A stretch of DNA of 64,000 bases from Gemmatimonadota bacterium (lineage in GTDB: Bacteria; Gemmatimonadota; Gemmatimonadetes; Gemmatimonadales; GWC2-71-9). Location: assembly GCA_039588295.1 (NCBI GenBank), contig JBDHAB010000001.1, positions 160,001 to 224,000 of the forward strand, given 5' to 3'. The position numbers were made by a program, and so were the translations under genes. Below the pieces are notes generated by a model. The model was not told the DNA's origin and did not search any database. It worked only from the letters and a program-made list of their open reading frames with translations. This document shows positions 30,186-40,012 of this stretch, piece after piece. How positions within the stretch are numbered: the stretch's first letter is position 1; each line of letters opens with the position of its first letter.

Positions 30186-30418
30186 GCTCTGGTCCGCGAA
30201 GTGGATAAAAGAAGCTACGAGTACATTAGTTATTACTATCTAGCAGTGCTAGTAGGGTATCTTGAAACGTTGACAGATGTGCGAACCCCTACGGCAACAG
30301 ATGGTTCGCGCATTTTCCGCCTGTGAATTGCGGTGGACACCTGTGGACGAGCCGTGGAGTGCTGCGTCATAATCGACGCGATCCCACAGTGCTCCACACT
30401 CCTACTGCACATGTTCAC
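30186..30418. other. Putative oriC (dnaA-dnaN intergenic region)
   Basis: AT-rich tract 30221-30262; DnaA box variant AGTGGATAA at 30200; arrays of degenerate boxes 30322-30361 and 30380-30419. Confidence 0.75.
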
Positions 30419-31801
30419 TCACTCGACGGTGGCGAGTTCGCGCCGCGCATGCTCGACGCGGTCGCGAAACCGGTTATCGACCTTCATGGACCGTTGCACC
30501 TTGGTCAGACTGTGGATCACGGTTGAGTGATCCCGGCCACCAAATGCCTGGCCGATCTCGACCAGCTGCATCCCGAGGAGTTCGCGGGCCAGATACATGG
30601 CCACTTGCCGGGGAATCGTCAGGGTCTTCGTGCGGGCCTTTGAGCGGAGACCCTCGGGTGTGACGCCCCATCGACGGGCTACGACCTCCTGCACGCGGTC
30701 GACGCTGGGCAGGGCGAGTGGCAGTGCCGTCGCGGTGCCGGTGGCTTGGCGGATCTTGTCGGCGAGGGCCTCGCGAGCAAGATCCGTCGACACCTCACGG
30801 TGCTTCAACGACGCGTAAAGCAACAACTTGATGATGGAGCCCTCGAGCTCGCGGACCGAGCTGCGCACATGTTCGGCGATGAAGCGCAGGACATCGTCCG
30901 GAATCGTGAGCTCAAGGTGATCTTGCTCCGCCTTCTTTCGCAGGATGGCAATGCGGTGCTCGAGGTCAGGCTGGCCGATGTCGGCGACCATGCCCCATTC
31001 GAAGCGGCTGACGAGGCGTGACTCGAGGCCCGGGATCTCCTTGGGCGGCCGGTCTGATGTGAGAACGATCTGCTTCTGGGCTTCATGAAGCGCGTTGAAC
31101 GTGTGGAAGAACTCTTCCTGAGTCATTTCCTTGCCTTCGAGGAAATGCACGTCGTCCACCAAGAAGATGTCGACCTCGTCGCGATACTGGCGCCGAAACT
31201 CGACCATGGTACGGCCGTGAATGCTCTCGATGACGTCATTGATGAACTGCTCCGCCCCCATGTAGACGACCCGGCTGCCCGAGTCCCGCTCCAGTACGGC
31301 GTGGGCGATGGCCTGCATGAGATGGGTCTTGCCCAGTCCCGTGGCCCCGTAAATGAACAGGGGGTTATAGGTCTTTCCGGGAGCTTCAGCGACCGCGTGG
31401 GCCGCGGCGCTCGCCAACTCGTTGGACTTGCCGATTACGAACGTCCGGAAGGAGTAACGCTCATTCAGTGGGCGGGCTGCACCGCTCCGACCGGGTGTTG
31501 CCCTCTGCGTCGGTGCCACGAAGAAGTCCATCTGCGGTCGGCGGGTCCGGTCCTCGTGCACCTGGAAGGCGATCTCCAGGGCGGAACCGAATCGATCCTC
31601 TGCGAGTCGTGTCAGCAGGCCGGTGTGTTTCGACTCATTCCACTCGACCGCGAACTGATCAGGTGCCCCGAGGATGAGACGGCCTTCCTCGAAAGCGATT
31701 GGCTCGAGGGGATCCAACCAGGTCCGCACGGTGGGATCGGGGAGCTCGGAGCGCGCCGCTTCTAGCAGACGAGCCCACGTTTGCTGCGCTGACAAATCCA
31801 T
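30419..31801 (-). CDS. dnaA: Chromosomal replication initiator DnaA
   Basis: YNPLFIYGATGLGKTHL, QEEFFHTFN, SRFEWG, RELEG, GRDHSTVIH. Confidence 0.99.
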   Translation of the reverse strand: MDLSAQQTWARLLEAARSELPDPTVRTWLDPLEPIAFEEGRLILGAPDQFAVEWNESKHTGLLTRLAEDRFGSALEIAFQVHEDRTRRPQMDFFVAPTQRATPGRSGAARPLNERYSFRTFVIGKSNELASAAAHAVAEAPGKTYNPLFIYGATGLGKTHLMQAIAHAVLERDSGSRVVYMGAEQFINDVIESIHGRTMVEFRRQYRDEVDIFLVDDVHFLEGKEMTQEEFFHTFNALHEAQKQIVLTSDRPPKEIPGLESRLVSRFEWGMVADIGQPDLEHRIAILRKKAEQDHLELTIPDDVLRFIAEHVRSSVRELEGSIIKLLLYASLKHREVSTDLAREALADKIRQATGTATALPLALPSVDRVQEVVARRWGVTPEGLRSKARTKTLTIPRQVAMYLARELLGMQLVEIGQAFGGRDHSTVIHSLTKVQRSMKVDNRFRDRVEHARRELATVE

Positions 31802-31845
31802 CGACGTATTTGCGGACGACTGGTAGGGGTTCGATAGGGCTACCG

Positions 31846-31906
31846 ATGCTATTGCCCGGATGTGGAAAAGTCAACCTTGACCAGGCGCGAGGTCCACGGC
31901 TAGCTT
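31846..31906. promoter_or_regulatory. Divergent dnaA and rpmH promoters with a DnaA box
   Basis: Minus strand TTGACT-17-TAGCAT (31874-31846) containing TTTTCCACA (31869-31861); plus strand TTGACC-18-TAGCTT (31877-31906). Confidence 0.7.
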
Positions 31907-31934
31907 TCCGGCCGCATTTTGAGGGCTTGAAAGC

Positions 31935-32096
31935 ATGAAAAGGACGTATCAGCCGCGCAATCGGCGGCGGACGAGCAAACACGGGTTTCGGGCGCGAATG
32001 CGCACGCGCTGGGGTCGGGCAATCCTGAGCCGGCGCCGCAAGAAGGGGCGCAAGCGTCTCACCGTCTCTCTGCCTTCCAAGCACGGAGGGAGTTGA
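31935..32096 (+). CDS. rpmH: 50S ribosomal protein L34 (not in the ORF track)
   Basis: Manual translation [53 protein letters not shown]. Confidence 0.98.
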   Translation: MKRTYQPRNRRRTSKHGFRARMRTRWGRAILSRRRKKGRKRLTVSLPSKHGGS

Positions 32097-32437
32097 CGCC
32101 TGAGGGGGTTCCTCGGGACTGGCGCCTGACACGTAGATCTGACATCACGGCCGTGTTGCGCCAGGGGCGCCGCCGCCGTACCCCGAGACTCGATATTTCG
32201 TGGCGCGGTAATGAGGTGGGACATGCGCGGTTCGGCGTGGTCGTTCCACGATTCGGCCGGTCAGTGGTTTCCCGGAATCGCCTTCGACGTCGCCTCCGTG
32301 AAATTGTGCGACGGGACATCCTCACGAGACTTGGCTCACACGACCTGGTCGTCCGCTCGCGGACGGCGGCGTACCGCGCCGACTTCCAAGAACTGGTTGC
32401 TGACCTCGACGCATGGCTGCGCTCGCTTACCGATTGA
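32093..32437 (+). CDS. rnpA: RNase P protein component
   Basis: RL....I; RFGVVV; RNR motif [14 protein letters not shown]; synteny. Confidence 0.93.
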   Translation: MTPEGVPRDWRLTRRSDITAVLRQGRRRRTPRLDISWRGNEVGHARFGVVVPRFGRSVVSRNRLRRRLREIVRRDILTRLGSHDLVVRSRTAAYRADFQELVADLDAWLRSLTD

Positions 32438-32652
32438 CTAACTCGCCGCGGGCGGTCGTCACGGCGCTCATCCGCCTGTATCAGCTGGCGGTGTCGCCGT
32501 TCCCGTCGCCGTGCCGCTACTCGCCGACCTGTTCGACGTACACCCTGGAGGCCGTGCAACGCTACGGGGCGGTAAAGGGCTGCTGGTTGGGGCTGCGGCG
32601 TATTCTGCGGTGCCACCCATTCCATCGGGGCGGCATCGACCCCGTTCCGTGA
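32434..32652 (+). CDS. yidD: Membrane protein insertion efficiency factor
   Basis: [23 protein letters not shown]. Confidence 0.95.
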   Translation: MTNSPRAVVTALIRLYQLAVSPFPSPCRYSPTCSTYTLEAVQRYGAVKGCWLGLRRILRCHPFHRGGIDPVP

Positions 32653-32662
32653 CGGACTGCTG

Positions 32663-34318
32663 ATGGACCGCCGCACGCTGCTCGCGATCGGCTTGATGCT
32701 GATCGTTGCCGTCCTGCCGTCGATCCTGTTTCCCCCGACGCGGACGACGCCTCCGAGCGTTGAGGGGGCGGACTCAGCCGCCGTGGTACCGCCCTCGACG
32801 CCGGAGAGCACACGCACGGAGCTGCCGCCCGAACCGGCCATCATGGCGCCCGTCCCCGAGCTTACCCAACCCGACTCCGTGGCGCCCGGGGAAGAGATCG
32901 TCGTTGAGTCGGAGCTGTATCGGCTCGCGTTCTCAACCCGGGGCGCGCGTCTCGTGGGGGCCGACCTGCTGGACTACCGCACGTTCGCCGCTGGCGACAC
33001 GGGGACGGCTCGGATCGTGCCCGCAGAGTCGGAGTTCCTCAGCTATGCGCTCGTCTTCGGCACGGACACGCTATGGCTCACAGACTGGGAGTTTGAGCCC
33101 TCCGCTTCTCAGGTCACCGTTCGCGACGGCGGGAGCAGCCTCCAGCTGGTGGCCCGTCGTGGCAACCTGGGCGTTGAGCTCACGTATCGGTTCCGACCGG
33201 ACGAATACCTGTTTGATGTGGAGGGCCGTCTGACCGGCATCTCGGCCGGAGGCCTCGTAGTCGTCGGTCTCGGGCCACGCCTGGCGCTGGTCGAGGCGGA
33301 CAGCACGGACGACTTTCGCTCCTATGCGGTGGTCACCAAGGCGAACAAGACGGAACAGGTCACATTCCGCTCGCTCGACCCGGGCGAGCGTCGGGATCTT
33401 GCGGGACCGTTTGAGTGGGTGGCGATCAAGACGAAGTACTTCGTCGCGGCGGTCCTCACGATCCAGGACGGCCAGCCGCAGTTGGGTGGTGCGGTGGCAA
33501 CTGGCGGCCAGCGGTCCGGGCGGAACGCGACGCAGGCTGATGTGCTGATGTCGCTGCCGGTCCCGGCCGGCGAGTTCGGGTTCTCGGTGTATGTCGGCCC
33601 TCAGGAGTATCGCCGGCTTTCTCGGATCGGGCATGACCTCGGGGACGTGAACCCGTACGGGTGGATCTTTCGGCCGATCATCCGCCCGTTTGCCAACGGC
33701 ATCGTCATCGTCCTCCTCTGGATGCACGAGACCTTGAGCCTCGCATATGGGTGGGTGCTGGTGTTGTTTGGCTTGGTGGTGCGTGTCGTCCTCTGGCCGC
33801 TCAACCAGAAGGCGATGCGCTCGAGCATGGCGATGCAGGCAATCCAGCCCGAACTCAAGGCCGTGCAGGAGCGCCACAAGCAGGATCCGCAGCGGGTGCA
33901 GCAGGAGGTGATGAAGCTGTACAAGGAACATGGAGTGAACCCACTGGGCGGCTGCTTGCCAATGCTGATCCCGATGCCGGTCCTGTTCGCGCTGTTCTTC
34001 GTGTTCCGTCAGACCATCGAGTTCCGGGGAGTCCCGTTCCTGTGGCTCCCGGATCTGTCGAGGGCCGATCCGTACTTCATCATCCCGATTGTCATGGGCC
34101 TGTCGATGTTCGCAGTCACGAAGCTCGGCCAGGTCGGGGTGCCGCCCAACCCCCAGGCGAAGATGATGCTGTACGTGATGCCGGCGTTCCTCACGTTCAT
34201 TTTTCTGAGGCTCTCGTCGGGTCTCAACCTCTACTATGCCGTGAGCAACATCGCGAGCATCCCTCAGCAGTGGCTGATAGCCAAAGAACGGCTGCGGCGT
34301 GTAGGGAAGCGCGAATGA
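32663..34318 (+). CDS. yidC: Membrane protein insertase YidC
   Basis: YVGP, LYKEHGVNPLGGCLP, WLPDLS..DPY, SGLNLYY. Confidence 0.97.
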   Translation: MDRRTLLAIGLMLIVAVLPSILFPPTRTTPPSVEGADSAAVVPPSTPESTRTELPPEPAIMAPVPELTQPDSVAPGEEIVVESELYRLAFSTRGARLVGADLLDYRTFAAGDTGTARIVPAESEFLSYALVFGTDTLWLTDWEFEPSASQVTVRDGGSSLQLVARRGNLGVELTYRFRPDEYLFDVEGRLTGISAGGLVVVGLGPRLALVEADSTDDFRSYAVVTKANKTEQVTFRSLDPGERRDLAGPFEWVAIKTKYFVAAVLTIQDGQPQLGGAVATGGQRSGRNATQADVLMSLPVPAGEFGFSVYVGPQEYRRLSRIGHDLGDVNPYGWIFRPIIRPFANGIVIVLLWMHETLSLAYGWVLVLFGLVVRVVLWPLNQKAMRSSMAMQAIQPELKAVQERHKQDPQRVQQEVMKLYKEHGVNPLGGCLPMLIPMPVLFALFFVFRQTIEFRGVPFLWLPDLSRADPYFIIPIVMGLSMFAVTKLGQVGVPPNPQAKMMLYVMPAFLTFIFLRLSSGLNLYYAVSNIASIPQQWLIAKERLRRVGKRE

Positions 34319-34350
34319 GGTAGCAGCGGCCTCGCGAGCCGCCTGTCGTT

Positions 34351-35703
34351 GTGCTCTCCGACGTCATCGCCGCCCTCGCCACCCCACCTGGTCGATCTGG
34401 GGTTGCCGTCATCCGGGTCTCCGGTGCTGGCGCCCATCAAGTGGTCCGGCGCGTCGTGCCCACCTTGCGGGTCGAGCCGCTACGCTGCGCGCGGCTCGCT
34501 CGAATCGTCCATCCCTCGAGCGGTGACGCGTTGGACGACGCCCTGTATGTCTGCTTCCGGGGGCCGCGGTCGTATACCGGTGAGGACGTCGTCGAGATCT
34601 CGACGCACGGAGGCCTGCTGGTGCCGGCGGAGGTCCTCGCGGCCCTCTACTCGGCCGGTGCCAGGCCGGCTGCGCCAGGAGAGTTCACGCGCCGTGCGTT
34701 GGCGAATGGGAAACTCGACCTACTCCAAGCCGAGGCCATTGCCGATCTCGTGGACGCCACGGCGCCCGAGCAGCGCCGTGCGGCCTTGGGGCAACTCGAT
34801 CGCGGACTGTCGCGTCGAATTGACGCGTTGCGCAACCAGGTGCTCGAGCTCGAATCGCTGATTTGCTACGAGATCGACTTCCCCGAGGAGGACAGCGGGC
34901 CGGTGCCGGCGGCTCAGGTGGCAGAAGCGGTAGCGAGCGTGGAACGGGCGCTCGACGGGCTCGTTGGGACTGCCGCCGAAGGAGAGCGACTGCGCGAGGG
35001 GGCGTTGGCGGTCGTTGCCGGACGCCCAAACGCTGGGAAGTCCTCGCTCTTCAATGCGCTTTTGGGTACCGAGCGGGCGATCGTGACGGAGATTCCTGGC
35101 ACGACGCGAGACGCGATCGAGGCGCCGGCGAGTTGCAACGGATTTCCGTTTCGGCTCATCGACACTGCTGGGCTGAGGCAGCGCGGCGACACGGTCGAGC
35201 GACTGGGGATCGAGGTGAGCCATCGGTATCTGCGCGCGGCTGACGTCATCCTGTTTTGTGTGGAGGTCGGTCGAGACCTGAGCCAGGATGAGCGGGCGTT
35301 CATTGAAGGGGCTGCGGCACCGGTTGTGGTGATACGAACCAAGGCCGACCAGGTCGACGTATCCCCCGGCTGGCACGCGGGGGATGGCGAGCACTGTGTG
35401 TCGGCCCTCAGTGGTGAGGGACTCCCGGTGCTGCGGGCGGTTTTGGCGGCGCGCGCCTTTGAAGCGCTGTCTCGACACCGTATGGTCGAGCCAGTCGTCA
35501 CACGGGAGCGTCATCGAATCGCGCTCGAACGAGCGCTGGTGGAGGTGCGGAGCTTCCGAGAGGCGCGGGCTGCTGGCGTAGAAGCAGCCGTGGCTGCTAC
35601 CCATTTGCGAGCGGCGGTCACGGCCCTGGAGGACGTGATCGGGGTCGTGTCGACCGAGGATGTGCTTGAGCGGGTGTTCGCGAGTTTCTGCGTGGGAAAG
35701 TAG
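34351..35703 (+). CDS. mnmE: tRNA modification GTPase MnmE/TrmE
   Basis: SYTGED, GEFTRRA, GRPNAGKSS, GTTRD, DTAG, FCVGK terminus. Confidence 0.97.
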   Translation: MLSDVIAALATPPGRSGVAVIRVSGAGAHQVVRRVVPTLRVEPLRCARLARIVHPSSGDALDDALYVCFRGPRSYTGEDVVEISTHGGLLVPAEVLAALYSAGARPAAPGEFTRRALANGKLDLLQAEAIADLVDATAPEQRRAALGQLDRGLSRRIDALRNQVLELESLICYEIDFPEEDSGPVPAAQVAEAVASVERALDGLVGTAAEGERLREGALAVVAGRPNAGKSSLFNALLGTERAIVTEIPGTTRDAIEAPASCNGFPFRLIDTAGLRQRGDTVERLGIEVSHRYLRAADVILFCVEVGRDLSQDERAFIEGAAAPVVVIRTKADQVDVSPGWHAGDGEHCVSALSGEGLPVLRAVLAARAFEALSRHRMVEPVVTRERHRIALERALVEVRSFREARAAGVEAAVAATHLRAAVTALEDVIGVVSTEDVLERVFASFCVGK

Positions 35704-35704
35704 C

Positions 35705-36649
35705 TCAGGCGGTTTGGATACCCCGCGATCGTCGCTCGATCTCCTGGCATTCGATAGCGTCGGCTCTCAGTGCTCGTGCGATCCCCCGGTCGGCGATAAT
35801 CGCTTCGACCATACGGTGACCGAGGTAGTAGCCGGCCCGCTCGGGAACGACCTTCCCGGCCACGAGCCGCTGGGCGGCGGCGACGCCGCCGGCAAGATAG
35901 CGCAACCGATAGCCGAGACCTCGATTGTCGAGTTCCGGCTCGATGGCGCGTAACAAGAAAGCCTCCAACTGCCGTAAGCGTCGGTACTGCCGCCGCGCGT
36001 ACCCCAGGTAGTCCCACGGCTCGAGACCGGGTGTAACAGCCTGAGAAGCGGCGACCGCAAGGCCCTCATTGACCACCAACTCCCGCAGTGTGGTCCGGCT
36101 GCCGGCCTCCCAGTAGTCGTACGTACCGTTCATATCCCCGACGACTTGCGCGAGCTCGCTCCGGCTCGCTGGTGACGTGTACCGCACGGTGTGGGCGATC
36201 TCGTGCGCGATCCACACTGGGATCAGGCTCGGGCGCAGCCCGAGGCCGAGCGACTCATGGTTCGGGCGACCAGTGAAATGCTCGAGGCAGATGAATGCAA
36301 TCCCTCGGCCCCCGACGACCAACTCCCCAGCGTTGGCACCGCCGACGCCAACCATGAGATACACATCGAAGGGCTGGTCCACGTCGAACAGATCTTCGCA
36401 CCGCGCCGCCGTTTCGGCTGCAACCGCCTCGAAATCGTATCCGTCCTGGAGAGCCCTCAGGTCACGACGGTCGGCGGTGACGGTGCGATGAATCACTTCC
36501 TCGGCATGTGGGCTGTCGAGGTCGAGAATGTAGTTGTGCCAGTAGGCGGCGAGGACGGGAAGGTGGTCATCCAGATAGCTGTGGTACGCCTCCTCAGGAT
36601 CTGGTGCGCTCACGGCGGCGAGGAATTCCGGAACGAGATTGATGAGCAT
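35705..36649 (-). CDS. DUF2268-like putative zinc metalloprotease
   Basis: HEIAH plus NEGLA (gluzincin pattern); GYYLG. Confidence 0.7.
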   Translation of the reverse strand: MLINLVPEFLAAVSAPDPEEAYHSYLDDHLPVLAAYWHNYILDLDSPHAEEVIHRTVTADRRDLRALQDGYDFEAVAAETAARCEDLFDVDQPFDVYLMVGVGGANAGELVVGGRGIAFICLEHFTGRPNHESLGLGLRPSLIPVWIAHEIAHTVRYTSPASRSELAQVVGDMNGTYDYWEAGSRTTLRELVVNEGLAVAASQAVTPGLEPWDYLGYARRQYRRLRQLEAFLLRAIEPELDNRGLGYRLRYLAGGVAAAQRLVAGKVVPERAGYYLGHRMVEAIIADRGIARALRADAIECQEIERRSRGIQTA

Positions 36650-36701
36650 GGAGGCGTCACCAATTTGTGATGCCTCCCGGGAACTGACAAGCCCGAGTGT
36701 G

Positions 36702-38684
36702 TTAGCGGATTTCGATGCGCACGTTTGTCGAACGACCGCGGCGACCAGTGACGCGGTCCCGGACGCCAAGCGACAGTCGATACCGTCCCGGTGGCACGCG
36801 GTCCGGCTGCAAGACGATGCGCTCGATCGTCGTTCGTGCACCGAGGGTGGTGCGGTCGAACGCGAACGAGATTGGCGCACCGCCGTCCTCCGGCTCGAAC
36901 GTGTAACGGACCTCATAGACGCTGCGGCCCTGACGATCGGCCGGCAGATCGTAGATCTCGGCAAAGAGGGAGAGGGGCACTCCCTGGGGGAACGTGAGGT
37001 CGGCCGGCATGGACCGAGCGACATCGTCGCGGGTGAATCCGGTGTCTGGCAGCATGCCGACGAGGAGGCTGGACAGTGTGACCCGGCGGCGCCAGAGTGA
37101 CTCGACATCATAATCCGTGCGGAGTCGAGCAAGGCGGGTGCCCGACCGGCCGTCGATGCCGAGACGGTAGCGACCCGACAGCAGCGTGAGGACCAGGGGG
37201 CTTGGGCCGTGCACGCGACCGACTTCCGTCCACGTTGCATCCCACGCCGCAACGGCGATCGTGTCCACGTTCGTGCCGATGTACACGAGGTGCTCGTCCC
37301 GTTCCGGCCCCCGGAAGTCCGCTACCCACGCCTTGAGCGTGAGGTCCGCCTCCAGTGACGTCTCGTCCTCTTCCAGCATGATGGCGCTGTTGTGGAGTTC
37401 CATCAGACTCGTTGGGAAGAGGATCATGTCACCGCCCAGTTCTGCCGAAGCCCGGGCAAACGTGAGGCTCACCGGGGTGCCGTCTACGAGATACTCCCAT
37501 GCCTCAACGTCACGTTCGTGGTCGATCCAACGCCTCAGAGGCTCGCCGAACCGCAAATACATGAGGCCGCGCCCGTCGAAACCGAGACGCCGATACCGGG
37601 TGAGCGAGTCAGGTTCGGGAATGTCGCGCACATCTACGCCCAATCCGGCTGCCTGTATCTCCTCTTCGAACCGTGACCGTCCGGGGATGGGGCCAGTCGT
37701 GATGGTGAACCCTCGCAACGCTTCGAGGACGCGGGCGGCCGCACCGGCAGCCAGCGTGCGTCGTGCGGGAGAGCGGTGGAATACCGACTGCGGGTGGAGC
37801 AGGCGATAGTGGTCTCTCGCGTGGCGCAGGCGGGCGAAGTGTTCGACGATCCGTTCGTTGGTCGGGGTCGTGAGGTCGGGCTCGCGTCGCGCCCAAAACG
37901 CGCGGAAGAACCACTGCTTGAGTTCGGGTGGCATCGTGGCGTATTCGGCCTCTTCCTCCGGAGCCGCGATCGGTTCGACTTGACGCCACAGGATGTCGAG
38001 CGAATCCGAGGCCGCTCTCGCAATCGCTCGCCAGTAGTGAGAGAGCCCCGTCGCGGTGTCGCCGGTCTCCAATGCTCCCTGGGCGCGCAGTGCCCAGACC
38101 GCGGCATCGTCGCGCCCCCCACCAACCGCGGTGGCGAGGATCGCTTCTGCCTCCGCGTAATGTTCGGCCTGGACCAGGAGCTGCGCGCGACGGATGTCGG
38201 CGGCGCCGACCCCGGCATGGCGTTCCAAGATCGCCGCAGCCCGCAAGAGATCACTCGGGCTGTGGTGGATGGCGCGCCACATCTCCCAGGTGTCGCGGTA
38301 GGTGGGTTCTCTGCGCCAGGTGCCGTGCAGCCCGCTGCGGATGATGGCCTCTCCGTCGGCGCCTGCCAGATAGACCCCAACACGCGCTCTCCAGTACCAA
38401 GGCTCCGGGTCTCGGGGGTTGGCGGCGGCGGCCCGACGCAATAGCCGGAGTGCCTCCCAACGCCCGACGACCGGCCACTCGAGGTGGACCCGTGCGAGGA
38501 GCGTGAGCAGCTGCACGTCGTTCGGGCGCGTTCGGAGCGCCGAGTCCAGCAACGTGCGCGCTTGTTTCAGGCGCCCGTCACTCAGCAACCGTTCGACCCG
38601 CGCCCCGAAGACGGTGTCCGTTGGTGGCAACGCCGAGGCTTGGCCAGCGGAGAGCGAGAAGAGGAGCAGCGAAATGGGGATCAC
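36702..38684 (-). CDS. Secreted TPR protein with a divergent GWxTD-like domain
   Basis: Signal peptide; TPR-like helices; FWARREPDLTTPTNER..EH..R; DGRGLMYLRFGEP. Confidence 0.75.
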   Translation of the reverse strand: MIPISLLLFSLSAGQASALPPTDTVFGARVERLLSDGRLKQARTLLDSALRTRPNDVQLLTLLARVHLEWPVVGRWEALRLLRRAAAANPRDPEPWYWRARVGVYLAGADGEAIIRSGLHGTWRREPTYRDTWEMWRAIHHSPSDLLRAAAILERHAGVGAADIRRAQLLVQAEHYAEAEAILATAVGGGRDDAAVWALRAQGALETGDTATGLSHYWRAIARAASDSLDILWRQVEPIAAPEEEAEYATMPPELKQWFFRAFWARREPDLTTPTNERIVEHFARLRHARDHYRLLHPQSVFHRSPARRTLAAGAAARVLEALRGFTITTGPIPGRSRFEEEIQAAGLGVDVRDIPEPDSLTRYRRLGFDGRGLMYLRFGEPLRRWIDHERDVEAWEYLVDGTPVSLTFARASAELGGDMILFPTSLMELHNSAIMLEEDETSLEADLTLKAWVADFRGPERDEHLVYIGTNVDTIAVAAWDATWTEVGRVHGPSPLVLTLLSGRYRLGIDGRSGTRLARLRTDYDVESLWRRRVTLSSLLVGMLPDTGFTRDDVARSMPADLTFPQGVPLSLFAEIYDLPADRQGRSVYEVRYTFEPEDGGAPISFAFDRTTLGARTTIERIVLQPDRVPPGRYRLSLGVRDRVTGRRGRSTNVRIEIR

Positions 38685-39172
38685 AGGAGCCGCCCTAATA
38701 TCTCAGCCTGTTCCGGGAGAAAGCCGTAGAACACGATCTCGGTCAGCGCCTGCGCATCTGGTGAGTCGGCGATGGCGTCTCGCATGATTCGGACGGCCCG
38801 CTCGAATTCAAAGCCGCCGATCCCGCTCCCCAGCACCGGCAGCGCAAGCTGCCGAGCACCGTGCTGCGCGGCGAGCGCGAGACTCGCCAGCGTGCTCTCG
38901 CGAATCGAGCGCTCCGAGACGGGCTCGTCACCCATCGCCGCCGCGTGGATGACCCACTGAACCGAAAGCCGTCCGGCCCCGGTGATCGCGGCCTCTCCCA
39001 CACGGATGGGTCCACGCTGGTCGCACTCGGCTTGAATGGACGGCCCCCCTGCCCGGCGAATCGCACCAGCCACGCCGGCACCGAGCTGCAAGTGGTTGTT
39101 CGCCGCGTTCACGATCGCGTCGCCCTCGTACGTCGTGATATCACCTTGCCGGACGAGCCGCCGCGGCGCCAC
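38681..39172 (-). CDS. Macro domain protein (ADP-ribose-binding/hydrolase family)
   Basis: GDIT, AIVNAAN, GAGVAGAI, VIHAA, GSGIGG. Confidence 0.93.
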   Translation of the reverse strand: MAPRRLVRQGDITTYEGDAIVNAANNHLQLGAGVAGAIRRAGGPSIQAECDQRGPIRVGEAAITGAGRLSVQWVIHAAAMGDEPVSERSIRESTLASLALAAQHGARQLALPVLGSGIGGFEFERAVRIMRDAIADSPDAQALTEIVFYGFLPEQAEILGRLL

Positions 39173-39175
39173 AGG

Positions 39176-40000
39176 TTAATGGTCCCGAAGTTGACGGCTG
39201 ACTTCGTCCAGCAGTCGCCGTTCCTCGGGAGTAAGGCTGGCCAGGCCGCTTTGTGAAATCTTGTCGAGCACCCGGTCGACTTCGTCGTACAGCACCTGCT
39301 CCTCCGGTGGCTCGTCGGCCGGTGGCTCCGGTTCCGGGTGCGCGCGCGGCTTGTGGGGGGGAACCACACGAGCGAGCCGGGGTCGGCTTCGCGCCGTCTG
39401 GACCTGGCGTCGAATGGCACCCTCGCCCCGAAGGTAAATGAACCCGAAGAGGAATCCACCAAGGTGGGCCAGATGCGCGACGCCGTCTCGTGCACCGGCG
39501 ACTGCCGAGACCAAGCTCACGGCGGCGAGGAACACAACGAGCCACTTTGCCTTCACGGGTACGGGCAGTGGAAACACGTAGATTGGCGAATCGGGCCAGA
39601 ACATGGCGAACGCCAGCGCCACGCCGAACACCGCCCCGGATGCACCGAAGACCAACGCCACCGGTGTCGTCAACAGGAGCCCAAACGACAACACGGCACC
39701 ACCAAGCCCGCAGGTGAGGTAGTAGCCCGCAAACCGTGTCCCCCCCATGCGCTCCTCGACGGCAGGGCCGAAGACGAACAGCATCAGCATGTTGAACGCG
39801 AGATGCAGGAAGCCGTCGTGTAAGAACATGTAGGTGAATGGTGTCCACCAGCGTATCAGGATCTGGTCGGGACGGAGCGCGAAGTAGTCCAGCAGCAGCG
39901 GACTCGTGAACACCGTGATCTTCAGGAAGTAGATCACGACGTTTGCAACGAGCAGTCCGCGGACCCAGGGGGTGAGCGCGAAGGGAGACTGGTAACGCAT
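39176..40000 (-). CDS. Rhomboid intramembrane serine protease with C-terminal DUF6576-like tail
   Basis: FLH..HLAFNM, GASG, AHLGG; VDRVLDKIS..G..SLT.EE. Confidence 0.92.
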   Translation of the reverse strand: MRYQSPFALTPWVRGLLVANVVIYFLKITVFTSPLLLDYFALRPDQILIRWWTPFTYMFLHDGFLHLAFNMLMLFVFGPAVEERMGGTRFAGYYLTCGLGGAVLSFGLLLTTPVALVFGASGAVFGVALAFAMFWPDSPIYVFPLPVPVKAKWLVVFLAAVSLVSAVAGARDGVAHLAHLGGFLFGFIYLRGEGAIRRQVQTARSRPRLARVVPPHKPRAHPEPEPPADEPPEEQVLYDEVDRVLDKISQSGLASLTPEERRLLDEVSRQLRDH

Positions 40001-40012
40001 GCCGTCTAGTGG

